Translations under genes and position numbers: made by a program | Notes under the pieces: generated by a model | Told to the model about the DNA's origin: nothing | What the model saw: the letters and a program-made list of their open reading frames with translations, nothing else | Database searches by the model: none | NCBI GenBank assembly: GCA_964016885.1 | Contig: OZ024740.1 | Span: 205,282,001-205,346,000 of the forward strand | DNA: 64,000 nucleotides | Source of the DNA: Eledone cirrhosa | Taxonomy: Eukaryota | Reading direction: 5' to 3' | Shown: piece by piece, positions 54,230 to 64,000 of the stretch | How the letters are laid out: the number at the start of each line of letters is the position of its first letter | How positions within the stretch are numbered: the stretch's first letter is position 1

Positions 54230-55003
54230 TAACCACATGTCCGTAGTACCAGATCTGTGATCTCTCAATTCGGAGAAGTAGAGGCTCTACATGGAGTGAC
54301 TCTCTGATCTATGAGCTACGCACTCTATCGAGTAACGTGACTCCAAAGACCCTTCGGAGGAACCCCATTTCGGCTGCTTGTATCCGCAATTGTATTCTTT
54401 CAGACATTACCCAAGATTCATTACCATAGGTAAGGGTAGGAACGAATATCGAATTGAAGATAGCAAGTTTGGCTTTTACACCTACCTTCCTTCTTCTGAT
54501 TACCGAATGCTGAAGCTGGCGCATTACTGCCCTAGCTCCTGCAATTCTTGCATTTAATTCAACCTCCTGCCTTCCACCACTCGTGAAAACGGCTCCAAGA
54601 TACTTGAGCTTCTCCACCTGCTTCAGTGGAACTCCACTTACATGTAGAGTGCACTGTGCAGGCTTCCTTGAGAGGAAGAGTGTCTCAGTTTTCGTAGCAC
54701 TGATTTTCATTCCAGCCATGCAGCACTCGGCATCAAACCTAGCAAGTTCAAGTCGGAGATCACCTTTTGTCGAGTTAAGTAACACCATGTCGTCTGCAAA
54801 TTCCAGCCGACTGATTTACACCTGCCAGTCGTGATACCCCTTTCAACCCGGCTACGCATGTCAATTCTGTTCATCTAAATAATGAAAAGGAGAGGGGACA
54901 GTACGCACCTGTGACGGATTCCTACTCCCACATTAAATGGTTTTGATTTAGCACCATTTATCTGAACACAAATACTCGGGCATTCGTATAGAGACATCAG
55001 GCT
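54230..55003 (-). mobile_element. RTE (Rex3-like) LINE internal fragment
   Basis: LEFADD, LKYLG, PTLTYGNESW and IQAAEMGFLRR motifs. Confidence 0.85.
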
Positions 55004-55009
55004 GCATAT

Positions 55010-57571
55010 ATAAAATCTGACCCCACCAAAAAAGTCAATTTTATGCAAAGGCTAAAACGTTCGTGAAACTTCAAACACTCAGAATTAGACTTTCCCCACA
55101 AAACATTTATATGAATAAACAAAACGATCTATTGGATGTAAATTGATACATTTAACAGAACTGTCTGATTCAAAACAGGATGACACTCAAAGCCAGCTAT
55201 TGTAGATAATCATTCCATTTCCACCGAAGCCACGCAAACGAGAAATAAACAGAATGTCTGAAACAGCATGGAAAAGTTACTTCAAATCTAAAATTTTGTT
55301 CCTGCGAAGAAGTATCTCACAGATCGTTGTAGTTATTAATTTAACATCAAGAAGACCTAAAAAACTAGAGAGGCGATTTGGAGATACAGGATCTAAAACC
55401 CTAAACCCCGAACTATACTAGCTGAAACAATTCACATAACCGAAAAACTAAAATATAAATCTACAGCGTATAAACAGCAAATGCCGAATAAATTATTTAC
55501 CAGAAATCCCAAGTCAGTCTATCCTAGCTTCAATGTGAAAGGCTCAATCTCTGTAAAAGACTCCCACAAAAGATTGAAAAGCTACTGGAGATCTGTATGG
55601 GAAACAAATGATAAATTCAACAAACAAGCTGTATGGCTAAAGGAACTGGAACAGGACTACTGCCAGCATGTCCAGCAAAGCAATAGGACATAAAGGGTGT
55701 AATACTGGAAATAGCTCTAGAGAAAATGTCAAACAGGAAATTCCCAGGCCCAGACCTCATAACAGGTTACTGGCTGAAGAATTTACCTTTTATCGGCGAG
55801 ATCTCATACAGCTGTATGATGAAATTATCAAGGGCACACAAGAAGTGCACCAATGGTTATCAACTGCCAATTCTCTCCTCATAAACCCCCTAAATAGCCA
55901 AACCACCCTTGCTAAAAATCACCACTCAATAGCTTGCCAGAACATCATGTACAAATTATACACTGGGTGCCTCAATCTGTTCTTACAGGATCATTGTACC
56001 ACCAACGACATTATAATACCTGAGTAAGCTGGGGGAAGGAAGGAGATGGAGGACGGGGTATTTAAAGTAGCTACTAATTAAGAAAAATTATCCAGGAAAA
56101 AATGGTAAAGAAGCGCAGAAACTTGACTGTAGAGGGCTGGACTACCAGATATGTACCACATGGGTGGATTATCGAGGCTTTGCGGTTAGCAAAAGTCCCA
56201 CCACCACTTGTAACTGCTATCGAATACATGACCAAGTCTTGGTACACCACTTTTCCCCTTTGGGGTGATAAGCAGTAAATTGAATCTGATAACATTCACT
56301 ACGAAAAAGGCATTTCGGGGTGATAGCTTGTCAGTGCTGCCCTTTGTTCTCTCACTAAGCCCACTATCATACCTACTCACCAAAATTTAGTGACCATAGA
56401 AATGGACCCACCTTTTCCTTGTCGATGATTTGAAATATTTTATGAGCCAAATATCAACCACATAAGAATTAAAAAGAACAAAAAACAATTGGGCCAGATT
56501 ACCTAATTTTCTACAGACATTGGAATGAAATATGGTGAACTCAAATGTACACTTTTAACAATGAAATGTGAAAAGTTGTGTAATTCATCTGAAAACCTAA
56601 AAATGAACAGTTTGACGCTACAACTTCTACAGTCAGGTGACAATTATAGGTATCTTGGACTGAATGAGAATGTCAGACATGATAGACCCATAAATATGGA
56701 AAGGATCAGGAATGAATATCCCAGGAGAGTAAAGGGAATATGGTCTCAGCATTCTACAAGCAGATTGACCATAATACTTTTGCTGTGCCCATCCTAACGC
56801 CAACGTTTGACCTGCTGAGCAACGTTTGACCTGCATTGCAAGAACTGAGCAAGATGGATGGAAGGACTCGCAAGATGCTCAGTGGTACTGAAAACTTTAG
56901 CATCAAAGGTGATATAGATAGGCTATATTTATCACACAAGGAGGGTGGCCAGGGCCTAACATTTATACTAACATCACGCGAGACTCGGATAACAACACTA
57001 ATGCTACATCTTCATCAGAAGAAAAGATCAGCAGGCTCAGGTTTATGAGCATGAAAATAATAATATTTTGGGGCTAGCCACTGATCTGGAGGGACCTAAA
57101 ACTAAAAACTGCCGCTAAATTAAAGCCCAACCGAGCTGATATTGTTATTTGGGACCACACTTTAAAAAAACAAGCTCTGTTGCGGAAGTCAGCTGCTCAC
57201 GTGATGGCAATGTGGTAAGGAAAATGTAAGGGAAGGAGGATATCTATGGACCGTTGTTGAGGAGTTTGCAGATCCAGTATCCAAGATACATATTCAGTTT
57301 CATACTTGTTATCATAGGAACTACAGGTTATATACCAACCCGTCTAGACTAAAGTATAACTGAGCTTGGATTTGTGGAGAAAGAACGTAGTTCCTTAACT
57401 TAAAAGCTACAAATGGCTGCAATATCTGGAACCTTCAAAATCTGTAAAACATTCTTATAATTCAAAGAATGAACCTTACACAAGGGACGACGTCAATTTC
57501 CCTTTCTTATAACCTTGCCACCGGAAAGGTGGCCGGTCAAAAATAAACTCAAAATTAAGAGAAAGAAAGAA
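55010..57571 (+). mobile_element. Degenerate R4/Dong-like RLE LINE
   Basis: CQNIMYKLYTG, FRGDSLS, VDDLK, YRYLG, RLYLSHKEGGQGL and DIVIWD motifs. 3' UTR as in 36760-37244, ending in (CATA)n. Confidence 0.85.
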
Positions 57572-57609
57572 CATACATACATACATATACATACATACAT
57601 ACATACATA

Positions 57610-58220
57610 CATGGTGGCTGCCAACTCGTTTTCGAGTACGGCCACTACTTTATATCCATGTGGGAGAACCCCTACCGATGCGCTGAACGAGTGTGACTTT
57701 TTAGTCCAGCCAGCGACTTGAAAACTCTGGTACAAACACTACACTTGTGACAATTATTGACACATAGTGCTGGGCCCATGGTACCATGTGACGGCAAGTG
57801 CAGAGAGATCTCCAGATATAAAGCAATGCCTGTGCCGTGAAGCTTTTATAGTGAGCAAAGGCACTGCACAAAGCCAGTCCCACTCTCTTAACCAAGATGA
57901 TATTTACCAAAAAGAAGAACAAGTCAACATCATTGGATACCATCAGGGTTGCAGGTGTTATATCAGAGTTTTCCTTCTCCTAGAATTCTGCCTTGACAAA
58001 GGCTAAGGGGTCATCTCTCCCAGTGATTTTGGATGGCCATTGACTCTTAAGAGCTCCTTTGCCCTTTGACAGGTTTTGTTTTTAGTCCTGCAGGATGTCC
58101 AAAGTCACCCTCCTCACCAAGAAACCTTGGTGGGGTTGCCAGTTTAGTCGCCAACGACCCGACCATGAGACAGGTTGTACTGGGATACATGTTACCAGTA
58201 GCACCAAGTGGTGACCTGAC
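57610..58220 (-). mobile_element. Bipartite non-autonomous RTE derivative, copy 3
   Basis: Near-identical to the reverse complement of 24629-25239. (CATA)n on both sides. Confidence 0.82.
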
Positions 58221-58221
58221 A

Positions 58222-58257
<36 letters not shown>

Positions 58258-58962
58258 CATACATATATACATACATACATATATGCATGCATACATACAT
58301 ACATACATACATATATACATACATACATACATATATACATGCATACATACATACATACACACATGCATACATACATACATACACACATACCTTTATATAA
58401 CACATTGAGCTCCTATATGTTATGTAAAAGATTATCCAAAATATCATATGCCGTTTGAACCCTACACACACACACACACACATCTATCTCTCTCTATATA
58501 TATACGAACTTTGATCATTAGCTAATCGCTAATCTTTGTATTTCCTCCGCCTCCTAGTGACTTTCATTTTTTGCGTATTAAATATAAATATATATATATG
58601 TATATAATACTGCTGTCTGCCTTTCGGGCTTTATTTTCGATGTATTTTCGGGCCAAAATTTCATTGAATTCGACGTTTATTCCCTGATTTATTCGCTGCA
58701 TCAAACGGATTTAGTAAGATACATTTTCACATCTTTATATCTATGTAAGTGAGAAATGTTAAATATGATAATAATAGTCTTAAGTGGTTACAGCCATATT
58801 TCATTGTGACGAAGGGAGGGAGATAGAGTCGGAGAGACGGAGAGGAAGAGAGAGGGAGAGAGAGAGAGGGGGGGATTAGAGGGAGAGGAGTAGAGTAACT
58901 ATACACTGCAAAGCATGGCGTCTGACGCTCTACCGATACTGCCAATCCACCGCCCTTGATAA

Positions 58963-59543
58963 TCTAAACTATAATAAAGTAAGGAGCGCGGGACTGCGTA
59001 CGGTTTATAATTTTTTATCCCATTAGTAAAATAAGTTGGATTACTTTGAATAAATAATTGTTTCTACTATTGGCACAAGGCCAGAAAATTACCCAGTACA
59101 TTACTGGTACTTTATTTTATCGACCCCGTAAGGATGAAAGGCAAAGTTAAATAATGAATGAATATTACATAATTTATCTACTAAATTTCATGGCTGTTCA
59201 TTAAATATATTTTATTACTTATTTAAAGATTCACTTCTTTAAAATTTTCAAATGTCAACACTTCCGGTTAGCGGTCGCTTAAATAAATATTCATATATTT
59301 CTGTCACTAATTTTCTCCTAATGCAGTTTATATATAATATCGTCTTTTTTTTAATGTATCATGGATTACGTTACTGATTACATAAGACAGTGTAACACAG
59401 TCTTCGTTCAATTTCTGTGTATATTGTCAATTACGATTTTATTTGATGAATCATATCTACATGTATATATATTTGGGTATAATATCAATATACACACCAC
59501 ACATGCTAGCAGAAAACCACCCAAAGAGTGATTTTTCTGCTAG
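58963..59543 (+). mobile_element. Non-autonomous Helitron
   Basis: A|TC ... hairpin ... CTAG|T, colinear with 44584-45180. Confidence 0.85.
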
Positions 59544-59639
59544 TAATAATAATGATTTCTTTATTCATCACAAGGGTTAACATCAAGAAAAATATGACGG
59601 CACAGGACGAAAACATAGTGCGCGGGCGTGTGCTCGCGC

Positions 59640-62600
59640 GTGGTTGTGTGTGATGGTGTTAATGTATGTGCGTGTGTGTGTGTGTGTTGGTGTTAGTGTA
59701 TGTGTGTGTTGGTGTTAGTGTATGTGTGTGTGTGTTGGATGTTAGAGTATGTGTGTGTGTGTGTGTGGGTATGTGTGTGTGTGTGTTGGTGTTAGTGTAT
59801 GTGTGTGTGTGTTGGTGTTAGTGTATGTGTGTGCGTCTGTGTTGGTGTCATTGTGTGTGTGTTGGTGTTAATGTATGTGTATTGGTGTCAGTGTGTGTGT
59901 TGGTGTTAGTGTGTGTGTTGGTCTCAGTGTGTGTGTTGGTGATAGTGTGTGTGTGTTGGTGTCAGTGTGTGTGTTGGTGTCAGTGTGTGTGTGTTGGTGT
60001 CAGTGTGTGTGTTGGTATCAGGGTGTGTGTTGGTGTCAGTGTGTGTGTTGGTATCAGTGTGTGTGTTGGTGTCAGTGTGTGTGTGTTGGTGTCAGTGTGT
60101 GTGTGTTGGTATCAGTGTGTGTGTTGGTGTCAGTGTGTGTGTGTTGGTGTCAGTGTGTGTGTGTTGGTGTCAGTGTGTGTGTTGGTGTCAGTGTGTGTGT
60201 TGGTGTCAGTGTGTGTGTTGGTGTCAGTGTGTGTGTGTTGGTGTCAGTGTGTGTTGGTGTCAGTGTGTGTGTTGGTGTCAGTGTGTGTGTTGGTGTCAGT
60301 GTGTGTGTTGGTGTCAGTGTGTGTGTTGGTGTCAGTGTGTGTGTGTTGGTGTCAGTGTGTGTGTTGGTGTCAGTGTGTGTGTTGGTGTCAGTGTGTGTGT
60401 TGGTGTCAGTGTGTGTGTTGGTGTCAGTGTGTGTGTTGGTATCAGTGTGTGTGTTGGTATCAGTGTGTGTGTTGGTGTCAGTGTGTGTGTTGGTCTCAGT
60501 GTGTGTGTTGGTGTCAGTGTGTGTGTTGGTGTCAGTGTGTGTGTGTTGGTGTCAGTGTGTGTTGGTGTCAGTGTGTGTGTTGGTGTCAGTGTATGTGTTG
60601 GTGTCAGTGTGTGTGTTGGTATCAGTGTGTGTGTTGGTGTCAGTGTGTGTGTTGGTGTCAGTGTGTGTGTTGGTGTCAGTGTGTGTGTTGGTGTCAGTGT
60701 GTGTGTGTTGGTGTCAGTGTGTGTGTTGGTGTCAGTGTGTGTGTGTTGGTGTCAGTGAGTGTGTTGGTGTCAGTGTGTATGTTGGTGTCAGTGTGTGTGT
60801 TGGTGTCAGTGTGTGTGTTGGTATCAGTGTGTGTGTTGGTATCAGTGTGTGTGTTGGTATCAGTGTGTGTGTTGGTATCAGTGTGTGTGTTGGTGTCAGT
60901 GTGTGTTGGTGTCAGTGTGTGTTGGTGTCAGTGTGTGTGTTGGTGTCAGTGTGTGTGTTGGTGTCAGTGTGTGTTTTGGTGTCAGTGTGTGTTGGTATCA
61001 TTGTGTGTGTTGGTGTCAGTGTGTGTGTTGGTGTCAGTGTGTGTTGGTGTCAGTGTGTGTGTTGGTGTCAGTGTGTGTGTTGGTGTCAGTGTGTGTGTTG
61101 GTATCAGTGTGTGTGTTGGTATCAGTGTGTGTGTTGGTATCAGTGTGTGTGTTGGTGTCAGTGTGTGTGTTGGTGTCAGTGTGTGTGTTGGTGTCAGTGT
61201 GTTTTTTGGTGTCAGTGTGTGTTGGTATCAGTATGTGTGTTGGTGTCAGTGTGTGTGTGTTGGTGTCAGTGTGTGTGTGTTGGTGTCAGTGTGTGTGTTG
61301 GTGTCAGTGTGTGTGTTGGTGTCAGTGTGTGTGTTGGTGTCAGTGTGTGTGTGTTGGTGTCAGTGTGTGTGTGTTGGTGTCAGTGTGTGTGTTGGTGTCA
61401 GTGTGTGTGTTGATGTAAGTGTGTGTGTTGGTGTCAGTGTGTGTGTTGGTGTCAGTGTGTGTTGGTGTCAGAGTGTGTGTTGGTATCAGCGTGTGTGTTG
61501 GTATCAGCGTGTGTGTTGGTATCAGTGTGTGTGTGTTGGTGTCAGTGTGTGTGTTGGTGTCAGTGTGTGTTGGTGTCAGTGTGTGTTGGTGTCAGTGTGT
61601 GTGTTGGTGTCAGTGTGTGTGTTGGTGTCAGTGTGTGTGTTGGCGTCAGTGTGTGTGTTGGTGTCAGTGTGTGTGTGTTGGTGTCAGTGTGTGTGTTGGT
61701 GTCAGTGTGTGTGTGTTGGTGTCAGTGTGTGTGTTGGTGTCAATGTGTGTGTTGGTGTCAGTGTGTGTGTTGGTGTCAGTGTGTGTGTTGGTATCAGTGT
61801 GTGTTGGTGTCAGTGTGTGTGTTGGTGTCAGTGTGTGTGTTGGTGTCAGTGTGTGTGTTGGTGTCAGTGTGTGTGTTGGTATCAGTGTGTGTGTTGGTGT
61901 CAGTGTGTGTGTTGGTGTCAGTGTGTGTGTTGGTGCCAGTGTGTGTGTTGGTATCAGCATGTGTGTTGGTATCAGCGTGTGTGTTGGTGTCAGTGTGTGT
62001 GTTGGTGTCAGTGTGTGTGTTGGTGTCAGTGTGTGTGTGTTGGTGTCAGTGTGTGTGTTGGTGTCAGTGTGTGTGTGTTGGTGTCAGTGTGTGTGTTGGT
62101 GTCAGTGTGTGTGTTGGTGTCAGTGTGTGTGTTGGTGTCAGTGTGTGTGTTGGTATCAATGTGTGTGTTGGTGGCAGTGTGTGTGTTGGTGTCAGTGTGT
62201 GTTGGTGTCAGTGTGTGTTGGTGTCAGTGTGTGTGTTGGTGTCAGTGTGTGTGTTGGTGTCAGTGTGTGTGTTGGTGTCAGTGTGTGTGTTGGTGTCAGT
62301 GTGTGTGTGTTGGTGTCAGTGTGTGTGTTGGTATCAGTGTGTGTGTTGGTGTCAAGTGTGTGTGTTGGTGTCAGTGTGTGTGTTGGTGTCAGTGTGTGTG
62401 TTGGTGTCAGTGTGTATGTTGGTGTCAGTGTGTGTGTTGGTATCAGTGTGTGTGTTGGTGTCAGTGTGTGTGTTGGTGTCAGTGTGTGTGTTGGTGTCAG
62501 TGTGTGTGTTGGTGTCAGTGTGTGTTGGTGTCAGTGTGTGTGTGTTGGTATCAGTGTGTGTGTGTTGGTGTCAGTGTGTGTGTTGGTGTCAGTGTGTGAG

Positions 62601-64000
62601 TTGGTGTCAGTGTGTATGTTGGTGTCAGTGTGTGTGTTGGTGTCAGTGTGTGTGTTGGTATCAGTGTGTGTGTTGGTGTCAGTGTGTGTGTTGGTGTCAG
62701 TGTGTGTGTTGGTGTCAGTGTGTGTGTTGGTGTCAGTGTGTGTGTTGGTGTCAGTGTGTGTGTTGGTGTCAGTGTGTGTGTTGGTGTCAGTGTGTGTGTT
62801 GGTGTCAGTGTGTGTGTGTTGGTATCAGTGTGTGTGTTGGTGTCAGTGTGTGTGTTGGTATCAGCGTGTGTGTTGGTGTCAGTGTGTGTGTTGGTGTCAG
62901 TGTGTGTGTGTTGGTATCAGTGTGTGTGTGTTGGTGTCAGTGTGTGTGTTGGTGTCAGTGTGTGTGTGTTGGTGTCAGTGTGTGTGTGTTGGTGTCAGTG
63001 TGTGTGTTGGTGTCAGTGTGTGTGTTGGTGTCAGTGTGTGTGTTGGTGTCAGTGTGTGTGTTGGTGTCAGTGTGTGTGTTGGTGTCAGTGTGTGTGTGTT
63101 GGTATGAGCGTGTGTGTTGGTGTCAGTGTGTGTGTTGGTGTCAGTGTGTATGTTGGTGTCAGTGTGTGTTGGTGTCAGTGTGTGTGTTGGTGTCAGTGTG
63201 TGTGTTGGTATCAGTGTGTGTGTTGGTGTCAGTGTGTGTGTTGGTGTCAGTGTGTGTTAGTGTCAGTGTGTGTGTTGGTGTCAGTGTGTGTGTTGGTGTC
63301 AGTGTGTGTGTGTTGGTGTCAGTGTGTGTGTGTTGGTATCAGCGTGTGTGTTGGTGTCAGTGTGTGTGTTGGTGTCAGTGTGTGTGTTGGTGTCAGTGTG
63401 TGTGTTGGTGTCAGTGTGTGTGTTGGTATCAGTGTGTGTGTTGGTGTCAGTGTGTGTGTTGGTGTCAGTGTGTGTGTTGGTGTCAGTGTGTGTGTTGGTG
63501 TCAGTGTGTGTGTTGGTGTCAGTGTGTGTGTTGGTGTCAGTGTCTGTGTTGGTGTCAGTGTGTGTGTGTTGGTGTCAGTGTGTGTGATGGTGTCAGTGTG
63601 TGTGTGTTGGTATCAGTGTGTGTGTTGGTGTCAGTGTGTGTTGGTGTCAGTGTGTGTTGGTGTCAGTGTGTGTGTTGGTGTCAGTGTGTGTGTTGGTATC
63701 AGTGTGTGTTGGTGTCAGTGTGTGTGTGTTGGTGATAGTGTGTGTGTGTTGGTGTCAGTGTGTGTGTTGGTGTCAGTGTGTGTGTGTTGGTGTCAGTGTG
63801 TGTGTTGGTATCAGGGTGTGTGTTGGTGTCAGTGTGTGTGTTGGTATCAGTGTGTGTGTTGGTGTCAGTGTGTGTGTGTTGGTGTCAGTGTGTGTGTGTT
63901 GGTATCAGTGTGTGTGTTGGTGTCAGTGTGTGTGTGTTGGTGTCAGTGTGTGTGTGTTGGTGTCAGTGTGTGTGTTGGTGTCAGTGTGTGTGTTGGTGTC
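59640..64000. repeat. Satellite, unit TTGGT(G/A)TCA(GT)n, mostly 18 bp (range 16-22), running off the window
   Basis: Continuous tandem array of more than 4 kb. The long Cys/Val ORFs are artefacts. Confidence 0.97.

Noticed and set aside
59825-63735. Very long Cys/Val/Trp-rich ORFs (up to 924 aa)
   Set aside because: Translations of a stop-poor satellite that is open in all three plus-strand frames.

Overview
AT-rich, repeat-dense animal genomic DNA. The SINE/LINE/microsatellite repertoire suggests an octopus or other coleoid cephalopod, but this is inference. The only host gene I can support is on the minus strand: seven small GT-AG exons (17813 down to 3335) that splice in phase into TM1-TM5 plus ICL3 of a divergent adhesion/secretin-class (class B) 7TM receptor. 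The ORF track misses all seven. The rest is mobile DNA and repeats: RTE-clade LINEs (one young, with a PHD-like finger), R4/Dong-like RLE LINEs, a bipartite non-autonomous RTE derivative, Penelope-like elements (including a Naiad-like copy) with several hammerhead ribozymes, non-autonomous Helitrons, a Tc1 IR/DR relic with a nested solo LTR, piggyBac-like MITEs, tRNA-SINEs, three minisatellites and a terminal 4.3 kb satellite. The most notable patterns are: (1) RTE and R4 elements repeatedly sharing (TATG/CATA)n tracts in opposite polarity; (2) hammerhead-bearing and fold-back inserts in (TA)n, including a 693-nt retrozyme-like unit; (3) a minisatellite of cryptic acceptor+TAA units directly upstream of the receptor TM1 exon; (4) a SINE at the same site in three Helitron copies. 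All coordinates were read by eye, and repeat boundaries are approximate.
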